A stretch of 56,874 nucleotides of DNA, counting the filler, from Jimgerdemannia flammicorona (lineage: Eukaryota): NCBI GenBank assembly GCA_003990765.1. It is 3 parts of 3 records of this genome, joined end to end, with 100 filler letters (N's around TTAATTAATTAA, not from the genome) between each part and the next. Parts side by side here need not be neighbours in the genome. Positions count along the whole stretch, not along the records: positions 1 to 18,897 come from RBNJ01002080.1; 2 more parts are not named here. The stretch is one strand, 5' to 3'. Under the pieces are notes generated by a model. It made no database searches. It was not told the origin of the DNA and worked only from the letters and a program-made list of their open reading frames with translations. Position 1 is the stretch's first letter, and every line of letters starts with the position of its first letter. Below are positions 1 to 13,400 of the stretch, piece after piece. A program made the translations under genes and the position numbers.

Positions 1-149
1 GGTAAGTTCTTTATTTTCCTGATTTACTTCCTATTTATTTCCGATTTCATTTTGATTTCTGATTCCTAATTATGTTTCTGTTTGTTTATTCTAAATATAT
101 CTTAGATGTGCAATATATTTTTTTTGGTGCCTTGTAGCTTAAAGGCGGA

Positions 150-537
150 TTAAAGACGGGTCTGTGTCAGGTTAAATACGGGTCGGGTCATGTATATTTC
201 TCGGGTCAGGTCACGTATATTTCTCGGGTTGGGTTAAAGATGGGTTACGTATAATTCCGGGTCGGGTTAAAGACGGGTGACGTACGTTTCCAGGTCGGGT
301 TAAAGAAGGGTGATGTATAATTCCGGGTTGGGTTAAAGATGGGTGACGTATTATTCCGGGTTGGGTTAAAGACGGGTGACGTATTATTCCGGGTCGGGTT
401 AAAGACGGGTGACGTATAATTCCGGGTCGGGTTAAAGACGGGTGACGTATAATTCTGGGTCGGGTTAAAGATGGGTGACGTATAATTCCGGGTCGGGTTA
501 AATATGTACACGGGTCGGCTCGGGTTGCGATGCACTA
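150..537. repeat. 33-bp tandem repeat (about 9 good units plus degenerate ones), probably the subterminal array and end of a hAT-like DNA transposon
   Basis: Unit CGGGTCGGGTTAAAGACGGGTGACGTATAATTC, CpG-rich. It ends in ...GGGTTGCGATGCACTA at 537 (minus strand TAGTGCATCGCAACC), where E1 LTR homology resumes at 538. The repeat is certain; the hAT call is inferred. Confidence 0.6.
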
Positions 538-1484
538 ATTGCCAATGATGTCATTGTGGGTGATATCATCTTGTTTGGCAGTAGTGGGGGCTATTCAATC
601 TATAACATTCTCTTCCACAAAATAAGGAACAAATGTGGAGTCTTGGAGAGATCTAACCTAGATGCTGGGGCCTTGGAATGCTGAGATCAATCTTTGCATG
701 AATTTATCTGGGTTATTCTGAAGAATGGAATACCAGAAGTCCTCTATCTTATTACTATTGAGGGTGATAGTAGACTGAGCCTCTGTGGCCACTATGTCCT
801 CCAGTGTATTGGTATAGTGAGCTGCTAGTTCCTTGAAGTCTGAGATCCTAGTATATATACTCCAAGTTGGGGATCAACTATAGTGCATATCAGAAGACCT
901 GATAAATCTTCTTTAATATTCTTATTTCATATATATCTATAGGAGTGACATCTTGAATCTCCTGAGAACTGGCCTGAGGAAACTCCCAGCAGAGGAGGTT
1001 TTCTATTTCATACTCCTGCCATATCCAGAGGCATTCAGTAGCAATGGTGATCCTTGTTTCCATTTTACAGCAGTAGAGAATATAATGATAAAGGTCACCA
1101 GTACTCAGATTGAGACTAGAAGACCTTCTTGTATAGATCTCCATAGCTCTTCTAGTGTCTTGAAATATCCTATCCTGGACTGAGGGGCCTTGGTGGTTCC
1201 TGGACCTTGAGGTTTGGTGAGCAGCAGATATTTTGTTTATAGTAAGTCTTTAGAACTATTTCTGTGAGCTTTGTTTGGATTACAGCTACTGCAGTTTCTT
1301 GATCCTTCTTTTATATTTCTCAAGATATCTGTCTTATGATCATGATGACTCATAGTTAGTCATCCTTACTTATCATATAGCCTGGGTAAGTCATGCCATA
1401 TGATCTTCTTGTGCTCTGATCTAGTGACTTATAAGGAAAGGCTATCTCCTGTTCTGATATCATCATTCTGAGATCACTGTTACA
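538..1484 (-). repeat. E1 3' LTR (interrupted at 537)
   Basis: Aligns to 7799-8741. Starts TGTAACAGTGATCTCAG on the minus strand, directly after the purine tract TTCAGGAGAAAGA. Confidence 0.9.
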
Positions 1485-1859
1485 TCTTTCTCCTGAATAA
1501 GAATCTTCTCTTAAGCATCCTTATTCATTAGTCCAGTCTGAAAAATTTGCTAATCCTATAATCTCTGGCAGGGGGTCAAAAAGTAGTATTTATGGGCTAG
1601 TGTCTTCTCTATATATTTTGGTGTGATGGTGAAGAGTCACTCTCTTCATATAGAGCAAGGGTCTGATTTTGATCTTCATCAATCAATTGATAGTTCAAAC
1701 TCCTCTGACTTTGAAAGTCTCATAGTTAAGTAGTTATTAGTGCTGTATCTCTTAGAGAATAGTCCAGACAGATTGCCTGCTGGTCATGGGACATACTGTT
1801 ATGATTCATGGACTAGAACCTCATGGGCAGTTATTATGTTTTGCTTCTCTTATATAAGT

Positions 1860-3046
1860 TCATAGTACTTCTTGAGTCTGTTCCTGTATACTGTGGTAGG
1901 CAGTATAGTCTCTGAGAGTTTTCTAAGCCAGAAGATAGTTCTCTTGATATCTTATATATAGAAGGGTCCTTTCTATTTGGGCTCCAGTTTTCATAACCAT
2001 GAGACTTCTATCATATTTCAATACAGTAGGACCTTTTCTGCAATTTGAATGGATTCTAGGGTCTTGTGATTCTTTTTTACATTTTTTCTTATCAGTGCTT
2101 ATGATTTGATGATGTAATCTTCAGCCTTCTTCCTGATTTAGTATAGTCTCTGGATTTCTGAGTCAAACTATCTCCAAGTTAGGTCTAGATTTGTAGCTAA
2201 GGTTTCATCAGAATCTTTTTCTCTGAAGAGCAGTTCTTTTAGGGTAAAGTGTATACTCTGTGACTATATATTTTGTAGAACAGAGAGAGTAGTTGGGAGG
2301 TAGTTATCTCAATTGTCATATATATCTGAGATCTTCATCAGGATATTCTTGAGGATCTTATTGATCCTTTCTATCTATCTATTTCCTTGAGAGTGGTATG
2401 CAGTGGTCTAGATATGCTGAATCTTATATTTCTGATACGTTATCTCATGAAATCCATTGACAAATTCTCTGCCACAGTCTGTAGTAATTTGTCTTAGTAT
2501 CTTGTAGCAGCAGATGATTTCTTGGTATAAGAAGTCAGCTATAGAGAGAGAATTGGCTTCTTGTAGTGCTCCTGCTTCTATCTATTTAGTAAAGAGGTCT
2601 ACAATAACTATAATATAGTAGTTTCCTGATAGTGTCACTGGTAGTGGTCCAATGATATCTATTGTGATGTGGTAGAAGAGGATAGGCTCAATTCTTGATA
2701 ACTCAGGTACTTGGTCTTGCTGATCTTATTTCTGTTTTTGGTACTTATCATACTCTTTGACAAATTGGTGCAGGTCTTTTTCCATCTTAGGCCACTATAT
2801 AGTGCTTCTTACTTTATCATATATGTTGATTCCTCCAAGAGGTTCTTGTTCATATACTTTCTTCATTACTTGATACTTCTTGTATTTGAGTATTATGAGC
2901 TTTTCTCCTTTTCTGAGTATAGTATTGTCTAGTACAAATTGTTTCTAAGTCTGGTTGATGATAGTGATAGTTTAGAGTTTGAGGTGGTTGGATATCTTCT
3001 ACTGCCCAGGATAGCTGATTAATTCATAGTATAGCTCCTTATTCAT
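1860..3046 (-). pseudogene. E1 integrase, separate ORF starting MNKELYY
   Basis: Homologous to E2 integrase. ATG at 3046 is in the +1 frame relative to RT-RH, whose stop is at 3039-3041. Many transition-derived stops; left boundary approximate. Confidence 0.8.
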
Positions 3047-6000
3047 ATTGAATAGTCTTGATGGAGATGTTTCAGAGTATCCTTGAGAGGGTATCAGTAT
3101 TGGCATTGGTTCTTCCTGAGCAGTGCTTGATAGTATAGTCATACTCTTGCAGCCTGTAGATCTATCTGGTATATATTCCTTTGGAGTTCAGAGTGTAGAA
3201 TAGCTAGGTGAGAGCAGAATAGTCTGTTTGAATAGTAAAGTATTTCTTAGCTAGGTAGTAGTGGAACTTGTCAACTGTCCAAACTACTGCTAAGGATTCA
3301 AGCTTATATGACTTGTAGTTCTGTTGTACTCCACAGGTGCCTCAGCTTATATAGGAGATAAGATATTCATATCTATCTTTCTTCTGAGCTAGGACTGCTC
3401 TAAGTCCTATAGTACTTGCATCTATCTATAGGATAAACTCTAGGTTCCAATCTAGTCTTCTGAGGATGGGTACTTGGGTCAACCTGGTCTTGAGTTTATT
3501 GAAAGTTTTCTGATATTTCTTGGTCTATTCAAATTTAATCTCCTTCTTCAGTAGCTCATAGATAGGTACTGTAATATTAGAGTATCCTTTGATAAATCTT
3601 CTATAGTAGAAGGCCAGTCCAAGGAAGGCATAGACTTCTATAGTAGTTCTGGGTCTTGGGTAGGCTACAACAGCCTCAATCTTCATAGGATCTATATGAA
3701 TTCTAGTCTGATTGATGATATATCCTAGGTAGGTAATTTCCTGAGCTATAAACTTGTATTTCTTGAGCTTGATATAGAGGCCATGCTCCTTGAGCTTCTT
3801 GAGAGCTAGCTGTATATAGTTGACATATTCCTATATAGTGTTGCTGAAGATGATTATATCATTGATATAGACAAAGAGCCATTTTCCAATCTCATTGCTG
3901 AAGACTCTATTCATTATTTGCTGAAAACTTGCTAGAGTATTGCACATTTTAAATGGCATTTGCAGGTAGACATAGGTGTCATCAGATATAATAAAGGCTG
4001 ATTTCTCACTAGTATCTTGAGTGAGACCAATTTGATGAAAGTCTGAAAACAGATCCAAGGTAGTATAGTATTTGGCTTTGCTTCTAAGGATAGTAAGGAT
4101 TTCTTGAATATTTTGCAAGAGCTGCCTATCCTTCTTGGTGATTGCATTGAGCTTCCTGTAATCAATACAGAGTCTTAGGACAAACTCTCTAGGCTTGCTT
4201 CCTTTCTTTAAGATAAGAACAATGAGTAAAGCCCAGGGGCTGATAGCTTGCTTAATGATTCTAGCTTCTTTCATTTTCTTGAGTTCTACTCACAGCCATT
4301 CTCTGTAGGTAGATGGTATAGGTCTGGCTTTCTGGTAGATGGGCTTAGTATTGCCAGTGTCAACTTTATAGTAGTACTTGGGTTTTTAATTATAAATGTC
4401 CCTGAAGTCTGTAGCAAGTACTTCTTCATTCTGGTACAAGATCTTGAGAAGTTGTTCTTCTAGGGGAAAGTTTTCTCCAATAGTATAGGTGTACTTGTTC
4501 TGGTTCTTATCTTTCTTATGCTTAAGTTTGGTAATCTTAGTAGCAGTATAGGCTCCTCTTCTAGTAGATCTAAAGCCTTTTTCTCCTCTCTTGGTCTTGA
4601 TGAGTTTGATGGCTTCAGTGATCTTAGGCTTCTTGACTTCATAGATCAGTATTTGGCCAATCCTGTCATGCTTCTTGACTTCTAATGGAGTGGTGGGGTT
4701 GTGATTCCTGACTATGAGAAAGATCTCACCAGTGTAATCAGGGTCTATTACTTCTCCTTTAACTGAGATTTTGCTTTTGGCCAGACTGCTCCTGATCTTG
4801 ATGATTCTGGCATAGTTCTCTGGCAACTTGACTCCAATTCAAGTACCAAGTAGAGTGGTGATCTATGGTTCAAGAGTAGTATCTTGAATTCTAGTAAGAT
4901 CTATTTCTATGGCTCCTTCAGTCTTGTATTCTGAGATCTTGGCTTCAGGATAGAACTTCTTGATCTTGAGGGTGATGTCTGATCCTTTTTCCTCCTTATC
5001 ATTACTGTCAGCTTGGAGCTCTGGGGGCTGGTCATCTTCTTCAGCTTTCCTTTTTGCTTCAGCAGCTTCTTGCTTATGCTTTTGTTAGTGGATTTTTCTA
5101 ACTTCACTGATACAGGACGAGCAGTCATTCAGGTATTTGGAATAGTATATCCTGGTACCATGGGGGCATCTTCCTTGAGGAGCATAGCCATCGATGATCT
5201 TATTATACTACTGCTCATCTGTGAGCTTGAGTATCTTGCTCTTATTCTTGTATACTGAGTGTATGAAGACTTCTGTGTCTTCTTCATCTCCTTCCTCCAT
5301 GTCCAGTAGTACTCCTTTGTAGACATTGATAGAGACTCATATCTTTCTTCCTCTATAATTAATCTGCATCTTCTAAGCATTGAGGTTAATGACAGTCTTG
5401 GCCTTGTGAAGCTATTTGTTACCAATAAGGATGTTATAGTTGGTGGTACTTATAATAATTATGTCTACTGGAATGGTAGCTCCTCCTATCTTAATGGAGA
5501 CTTCTGGGATCTTACTTAGAGAGATAGCTTGTATGTCATCTGCTGTAACATAGACCATTCTGATGGACTGTTCAATGTCCTAGCCTAGGTGGTCAATTAT
5601 GAGACATTCTCTAGCACTGATATTAATGATGGTATTAAAGATACAATCTTCAATCTAACATGGAGTATAGGCTGATATCTTGTGCTGGTCTTCAAATTCT
5701 TCTTGTGCATTATGAGCTTCTACAATCTTGTACTCTTGGTTCTTGACAGTGGTTGCAAGTCCTACTCTCAACTGCTGTCTGAAGGCAGGGACTTCAGCTA
5801 GTTGTCCAAAAGTAGCATTGACCTTCTATTCCTTAAGGTCTTTATAGATATCATATTGGTGGATCTTAGTCTTGTGTAGCTTCTATTCTTTCTTACTTTC
5901 ACTTTCTCTTGAGACCGGAGTAGTGCCTTCAATAATTTGGTAGCCAGCTTTATCTAACTCCATATCTTGATCAATCTCCTTGGGTTGGGTCTTACTTTGA

Positions 6001-7006
6001 ATAGTGACAGCTAGGGTCTTCTTTGGTCTTCCAACTGGCTTACTGTTGTCCTTCTTATCATAGAGCTTAGACTGGGTTCTGGTACTTTCAGTAACAGAGT
6101 AGAATTCAGGCTTCTTATAGTATTCTTCATCATCAGTATTGCTAATCTTCTCAATAACTACTGCATTGGTTTGTTCTCTGGTTCTGGTAATATTACTCAG
6201 TTGGGCTTTGCATCTTGTTTTTGTCATGCAACTCTTTATATAGTGGCCTTCTTCTCTATATCTGAAGCATGTAATATTGTATTCTTCTATAGTAACTATA
6301 AATCTCTGTACTGGTCTCCTGTTGGTACTTTGGACTTCTCTAACAATATTACTAAGGTGTATAGTTAACTTGGCAAACTGCTTGCCAAGTTCCTCTACTG
6401 GATCAGCTTTGGCTATCTTGGAGATAGATGGGGATAGTTATCTGTTTACAACTGTGGTGGATATGATACTAGTTGGCTTTGATGGCTCTATCTTGATACC
6501 AGTTATTTTCTCCATTGAGTGTTCAGCAGGATGTCTGGCTATCCAATATCTCTGTATAAAGACTACTTTATCATCAAGGGTTAGAGCAGCTGAGGTAGAC
6601 TAGATTGCTAGGGCAATTTCAGAATAGACTCCTTTGAGAAAGATTGAATCTGCTATTTGTTCCTTGAGGTGATCATCAAGCCAGCCAAGATAATCTGGTG
6701 GTAGATTCAGGTATAGAATGAGTTGAGATCTTCACTAAGTCCCTTGAGAGCTTGCTTGATCTCTTCAGTATAGTATATAGTTCTGAGGAAGTTCTTCATA
6801 TTGGCAAGTTTGGCTGCACTAGTATCAGCAATGGTGGCTATATTGAACTTGTCTCGGGCAGATCCTCTGAGGCTGACTAGTAGAAGGGCCAATTGTGCAT
6901 TCACATTAAGGGCTCATATGGTGGTGAATTGTTCAAAGTCTTCAATAAAGCTCAGGATTGACTCTTCAGTAGTATATCTATAGAATGTGGGAGGATATAT
7001 TTCCAT
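3039..7006 (-). pseudogene. E1 gag-PR-ZnF-dUTPase-RT-RNaseH polyprotein
   Basis: ORF fragments 6707-6904 and 5883-6227 (gag), 4386-4826 (dUTPase) and 3831-4274 (RT), colinear with E2. Confidence 0.88.
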
Positions 7007-7126
7007 CTTATCTTGAATTCTTACAGGGATGACTCTTGTAGTCAGAGTGATTATTGTGGTAGTTGTTCATTTTTCAGCTTGAATGTGAGGGATTTGTCTT
7101 GAATCACCAGTCAATGAATACCAAGT

Positions 7127-8741
7127 TGTTACATAGTGGTTGCTGAGTCCTCCAAATATGTTAGATTCTCTCCAAGATATATCTCTTAGACTAACTACAA
7201 GTTTGTTATAAGCAAGTTCTTATTGGAGTATCTTTCTAAGAGCTTATAGTTCTCAAACTTCTTATCTTTAAACTGTCTTGTTATCTCTTAGATTGCTTGC
7301 ATGGAATTGAGGGTAAGTGAACTTGACTGACTTTATTTTAAAGTAAATAAGAGAATATTTATACAAAATATAATTCAATGATTACTAAGTTATAAAGCTA
7401 AATATAAATTCCAATTACTAAATAAAATACTGAAACACAAAAAACTATGGTTATAAGTACAAGTTCAAGTATCTATACAAATAGTTGCACAAGTTCAGGA
7501 TGTCAGTAGAATTTCAGTAGTACAGGAAAAGGATACCAGAAGAATTTCTGAGTTACATAAGATCAGAATGCCAGAAGAATAACAGTTATACAGAAAAAGG
7601 ATACTGGTAGAATTCAGTGTTACTAAGAACTTAAAGCAAAATGTTCAGAACTATAGAGACTTCATCTTTGTTACTATCATCAAGGCCAGAGGTCAGAGAC
7701 AGGATGTCTTTGAAGAAGATGAGGTCCATGAATATTTTGTCTATTTCATATATGTTGCACATTTCATATACTTCATGCATGTCATATGGGATGACATCAT
7801 TACCGATAATATTATTGCCAGTGACATCATCTCATTCAGCAGTAGCAGGGGCTCTCCAATCTATAACATTCTCTTCCACAAAATAAGAAACAAATGTAGG
7901 ATCTTGGGGAGGTCTAATCTGGATGCTGGGGCCTTGGAATACTGAGATCAATTCTTGCATAAATTGATCTGAGTTGTTCTAGAAGATGGAATATCAGAAG
8001 TTCTCTATCTTATCACTATTGAGAGTAATAGTAGACTGAGCCTCTGTGGCCACCATGGCCTCCAGTATATTGGTGCAGTGAGCTGATAGTTCCTTGAAGT
8101 CTGAGATCCTAGTATACTCCAAGTTGGGGATCAACTATAGTGTATGCCAAAAGATCTGATAAATCTTCTTTACTATTCTTATTTCATATATATCTATAGA
8201 GATGGCATCTTGAATCTCCTGGGGACTGGCCTGAGGGAATTCCCAGCAGAGAAGGTTTCCTATTTCATACTCCTGCCACATCCAGAGGCATTCAGTAGTA
8301 ATAGTGATCCTTGTTTCCATTTTACAGCAGTAGAAGATATAATGATAAGGGTTATCAGAACCCAGATTGAGGCTAGGTGTTCTTTTTATATGGGTTCTCA
8401 TAGCTCTTCTGATGTCTTGGAACATTCTATCCTGGATTGAGAGGCTTTGGTAGTTTCTGGACCTTGAGGTTTGGCAAGTGGTAGGCATTTTTTTTATAGT
8501 AAGTCTTTAGAACTATTTCTGTGAGCTTTGCTTGGATTGCTACTACTGTGGTTTCTTGATTTTTCTTTTATATTTCTCAATATGTCTATCTTGTGGTCAG
8601 GATGACTCACAGTTAGTCATCCTTGCTCATCTTGTAGTCTGGGTGAGTTATGCTGTATGATCTTCTTATGCTCTAATCTGGTAACTTATAAGGAAAAACT
8701 ATCTCTTATGCTAATGTCATCATTCTGAGATCACTGTTACA
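7127..8741 (-). repeat. E1 5' LTR (~1.6 kb, contains accessory ORF)
   Basis: TGTAACA...TGTAACA termini on the minus strand, followed by ACTTGGT and a leader similar to E2's leader. Confidence 0.88.
7631..8488 (-). pseudogene. LTR-encoded accessory protein of E1 (~285 codons when premature stops are read through)
   Basis: One frame from MPTTCQ (8488) to TAA (7631), broken only by stops explicable as C>T/G>A changes. Second partial copy at ~538-1230. Homologous to 46226-47049. Confidence 0.8.
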
Positions 8742-9730
8742 ATATATTAAATTAAGTATACTAGATATAACTTTTATTCATTCCTGAAATAGTCATTGAG
8801 ATATTTTATTTACTATACAATTCTCACAGAAGTTATATATTATAGGATGTATATATATTAGCAATTTACTCACTAAACTATTTCTGATCATTCTTTTCAG
8901 ACTTAATTTTCTTATATGTTCTAAATATTGATATTATATATTAGATATATCAGATATAGTTATCACATATATAGAGGCTTTTATACTATTTAGTATACTA
9001 TTAATTATATAAAGATTATCTTATTTTAATACTATTATAATCTCCTTGCATTCTTCAAGCTGTATACTATTACTCTCATTAGATATATATATATTTCTTT
9101 ATTACTGCAGGCCATCATTTTGCCAATTAAAAAGAGATTCTTATCTATCTTTAGAGTATATAGTATATTCTGCAAAGTACTAGTGAGCTTTACAATATTT
9201 ACATAGAGATATATACTGATATTTCCTCTTTCTTGAGTATATTTGATATTATTATTATCTAACTTTATTGACTCTAGATACTCTAATAGCTTATATGTAG
9301 TAAACCATTTTTGATGAACTATTATATATTATATAATATCTGAATCCATAAGCTATACTTTATTATTATTAGTCATATATATTGGCCTATATATTGCTTA
9401 TATTATTACATTTTATTAACTCAAAAATACATGACTTAGATATGAATATAAATATCTTCCTCAGATATTCAGCATATATTTCTTATATATAGAATATGTC
9501 TCTATCTTAGTTATTATCAGTTTTGATAGTATTTGTATTATATTACCCTCTATTGAAATATTTCTTTCTGCTGCTCTTCCATTACCAATACTGGTTTCTA
9601 TACTTATTTTCATTATTTTCCTTATTCTGACAATAGTAGTTATTCTATATATATCTATACTTATTACAGTAATGATAATTGCTATTAAACTTAAATTCAT
9701 ATTTTTGACCTTATTAGTACTTCTTATCTT
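8742..9730 (+). pseudogene. Highly decayed Copia-like RT relic (flank and probable host of the E1 insertion)
   Basis: TpA-rich, with faint FSQ, DIVxxY and RPDIAY-like traces. Confidence 0.35.
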
Positions 9731-9734
9731 ATCT

Positions 9735-9870
9735 ATATATAATTATTATTGTGATAAAAAGTAAGATTAATAGAGTCAAAGAAGCTCTGTATAAGGAATT
9801 TAAATTGACAGATATAGGTAATATATCTTTTCTTTAGGAGATATTTATTATATATAATAGAAGTATATAT
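9735..9870 (+). pseudogene. Degenerate Copia RT, part upstream of the E2 insertion
   Basis: IIIVIKSKINRVKEALYKEFKLTDIGNISFL matches the intact Copia IIIVGKRSQVNEVKAMLRQEFEMTDLGDASFL. Confidence 0.75.
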
Positions 9871-10335
9871 TGTGACAGCTGATCCGAATTAGTAACATGA
9901 AACAGGGGAATTAGACATTTGATCACAGTACCTGAATCTGATTCCCAATATAGCTTAGCCTCATAAATAGCAGCCACATTCCGCAAAGTGCAGAAACTTT
10001 AACATTTGCAAAGATTTATGAGATATTAGAATCTTTGCAATCAGTGAAATCTTAGCAGATGTTAAAAGATTCAGTACTTGCGAAACAAGCCATTACTTAG
10101 CCACCTTATAGCTAGAAAACTTGTATAAATAACTCAGTATCTTAGAGTGAATAAACCTCAGATCGAAATAGTTCAAAAGCAAAGAGATAGCAAAGGAACT
10201 AGTAAGCCCACAGGCAGATACACTTCGAACTCATCCACCCCTGCATCCCAAGGACTCTGAGGAGTCAGAGAAGATCAAGTATTCAAGATACAGAAATCTG
10301 ACATACTTTTAAGAGTAAGCATCTGCTATGTTACA
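9871..10335 (+). repeat. E2 5' LTR
   Basis: 465-bp direct repeat of 16119-16580, with TATA-like TATAAATA near 10124. Confidence 0.95.
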
Positions 10336-10449
10336 ACTTGGTGCCTATTGGCTGGGAATTCAAGACGAATCCCTCACTTTTAAGCTGAACAACAAACAAC
10401 TGCCACTACCTGAGCAACCACACAAACCGAGCCACAATACCCAGACAAA

Positions 10450-13400
10450 ATGAATATGAGACCACCAGTATTCCACAGGTATACCTCAGATAAATCAATC
10501 ATTACCTTCATTGATGATTTCGAGCAGTATGCTGCTATAAGGACCATGACAGCAGCACAGCAAGTAGCTCTCATGCCCTTCAGCCTATGAGGTCCTGCCA
10601 GAGCAGCATTCACAGCCACAACCCATGCAGGAAATGATGCTGATGCTATACTGACAGCACAGAAGACCTGGCTCTAAAATACATATTATACAGATGAGAT
10701 CAAGCAAGCTCTGAAGGATCAGCTCAATACAACATACCAAGGAATGAGCAAGGATCCAAACACATTCTATATCAGAATTCGATATCAGATAATCCTTGCA
10801 GATTATGCTGCTGCTATCCGAGATCAAGTAGCTGAAGCAACCTTTATAAAAGGAGTTTACCCAGAAATAGCCATAGCCATCCATTCATCACCAGTAGTCT
10901 TGGATCTGCCACAGAAGGTCACCTATGCTCAGTAATATTGGACAGCCAGACACCTACAAGACCATACAATGGAAAGAGTCACAGGAGTCAGAATCGAAAC
11001 ACCCAAGGCAACCAGTGTGATCTCTACTATAATGATCAATCAAAACACACCTCAGTCAAAAACTACAGACCAGCAAAAGAACAGTGACCCTATAGAGGAA
11101 CTTGCCAAGAGGTTCACTGAAATGACCACCCACCTGGGAGACATGGTAAAAGAAATCTAAGAAAGAAACTACTGCCCAGTTCAGAAGTTTGTTGCCACCT
11201 CGGACAAGAAGAAAGGTACCTGCTATACCTGCAGAGAAGAAGGCCACTACTCCTATGAATGTATGAGCAAAACCAAGCACAAGGCTCAACCAAGCAATGT
11301 TACATGAAACAGGGAGCAGGCCAATATAATCACCTTTGAGGAAATTGGAGATTCTGATGAAGAAGAATGGGAGGCCTATCCTGCTCAGACTACCAAGAAG
11401 GATGTTCACAAGGAACCCTACCAGAGACCACCAGGAAGACCCAAGAAGAACCCAGTAGAAAAACAGATGGAAATAGCTACCGAAAGTCAAGCCGAAGAGA
11501 TGGACCAAGATATGGAGCTGGAGCAAGCAGTTCAAGATATTATCTGAGGAACTACCCCAGCCAGCAAAGGAGAAAAAGAAAAGAAACTTTACAAGACCAA
11601 GACTTTCAAGTATGATATCTTCAAGGACCTTAGCCAACAAAAGATCAATGCAACCTTTGGTCAGCTTGCAGAAATCCCAACATTCAGACAACAAATGAGA
11701 TTTGGACTTGCTGAAACAACCAAGGAGCAAGAATGGAAGATAACCAAGGCCAATAACGTTCAAGAGGACTCAGGAGAAGAAAATGAAGACAATTACAAAA
11801 CCTCTGCCTATGCAACATACTAAATCAAAGATAGGGTCTTTGAAGCCATCATCGATACTGGAGCAGGAGGATGTCTCCTCAGCAAGAAAGCAGCAGACCA
11901 CCTAGGCTGGGTAGTTGAAGAAGCAACCAAGTTGGTTTTTGTCATGGCAGATGGCACAAGAGTCACCCCTCTGGGAAAGATCTGAGAAGTCCCCATCAAG
12001 ATTAGAGGAGCAACCATTCCAGTAGATGTAATCATAACCAATGCCACCAACTATGACATCCTCATCAGCAATCAATGGCTTCACAAAGTCAGGGCAGTAA
12101 TCGATCTCAATGCCCAGAAGATGCAAATCACCTACTGGGGACAGAAGATATGAATTTCCATCAATGTCAACAAAGGAGTCTTGCCTGACATGGAGGAAGA
12201 AGAGAGTGAGCAAGAGGAAGCTTATATGGTGACTACTCTGAAAAAGAAAGTTGGATGGATGAATGAAGAAGAATGGTATAAGAAGATCACAGAAGGCTAT
12301 ATACTACAAGGAGTCTGTTCTCATGGGATCAAGATGTACTATATGGAGCATGTCAATGATTGCTACCAGTGCACCATTAGAATCAAGAAAATCCACCAGG
12401 AAAGAAGACAGAAAGCTCTTGAAAAACAGGTCAGAGAAGAGAAGGAGGAGGAAGATGATGAACCACCAGCCCTCCTGGAGGATAGTGATGATGAAGAAGA
12501 AATTAAGGTCAAGATCTGAAGGACCCACCCTGATGCAGTCTTACCAGAATACAAGTCAGAAAATACAGCTGGAATGGACATCGCCACAGTAGAAGAAGCT
12601 ATACTAGAACCCCAAACAACCACCCTACTTGCAACTGGACTGGAGATGACTATCTCAAAGGTTCATGTTGGGATCCTCAAGACAAGAAGCAGTCTGGCCA
12701 GAAGTGAAATTACAATTGAAGGAGGAGTTATCGATTCTGACTATACTGGAGAAATCCTGCTCATTGCTAGGAATCACAATCCTACAATCCCATTCCCAGT
12801 CAAGAAGAAGGACTGATTGGCACAGATGTTGATCTTTTCAATCCTACAACCAAGGATCATAGAAGTCAAGAATTTGGAGAAAATGAAAAGAGGAAAGAAA
12901 GGATTCAGATCCATAGGAAGAGGAGTATTTGCCAGTACCAAGATTACTAAACTGGAGCATAAGAAGGAGAAAATCACAAATAAGCACAGTTACACCATTG
13001 GAAATGAATTTCCACTCAAGGAGGAACTCAAGAAAATACTCCAGGAATTTGAGAATGTCCTCACCATGGATTTCAAAGATATCAAGAGAAAGACCCCACA
13101 CTACTATCATGAGGTAGATACTGGAGACACCAAACCAATTTACCAGAAGGCAAGATCTGTCCCACCAGCCTACCAAGAATGGCTCAGAGAAGAAATCAAG
13201 CAGATGAAAGAAGCTGGTATTATCAATGAAGCCAGTAGCCCCTGGTCTTCACCAGTTGTACTAGTCCCGAAAAAAGGAAGCAAACCTGAAGAATTCACCC
13301 CAAGACTCTGTGTTGACTACAGAAAGCTCAATATAGTTACCAAGAAGGATCACCAACCACTGCCCCTCATCAGTGACATCCTTATAATACTGGGAGACAA

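Larger units (their letters stand above)
538..8741 (-). mobile_element. E1: degenerate Ty3/Gypsy LTR retrotransposon (gag-PR-ZnF-dUTPase-RT-RH, separate IN ORF)
   Basis: LTR pair 7127-8741 and 538-1484, PBS-like ACTTGGT after the 5' LTR, PPT before the 3' LTR. RT motifs RLCIDYRKLN and YINDIIIFS; dUTPase motif VIDPDYTGEI. Confidence 0.93.

Noticed and set aside
245..535. 96-aa repeat protein (FNPTRNYTSPV)n, or a CRISPR-like or telomeric array
   Set aside because: It is a by-product of a head-to-tail 33-bp repeat with no unique spacers. GGGTTA occurs only once per unit.
533..537. CACTA-superfamily terminus
   Set aside because: The orientation is wrong: an element lying to the left would end in TAGTG, and the sequence to the right is LTR.
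11056..11763. Long hydrophobic antisense ORFs (also 13522-14070, 14449-15033, 41738-42406) as env or membrane proteins
   Set aside because: They are shadows of the A-rich gag-pol sense strand and show no conservation between families.
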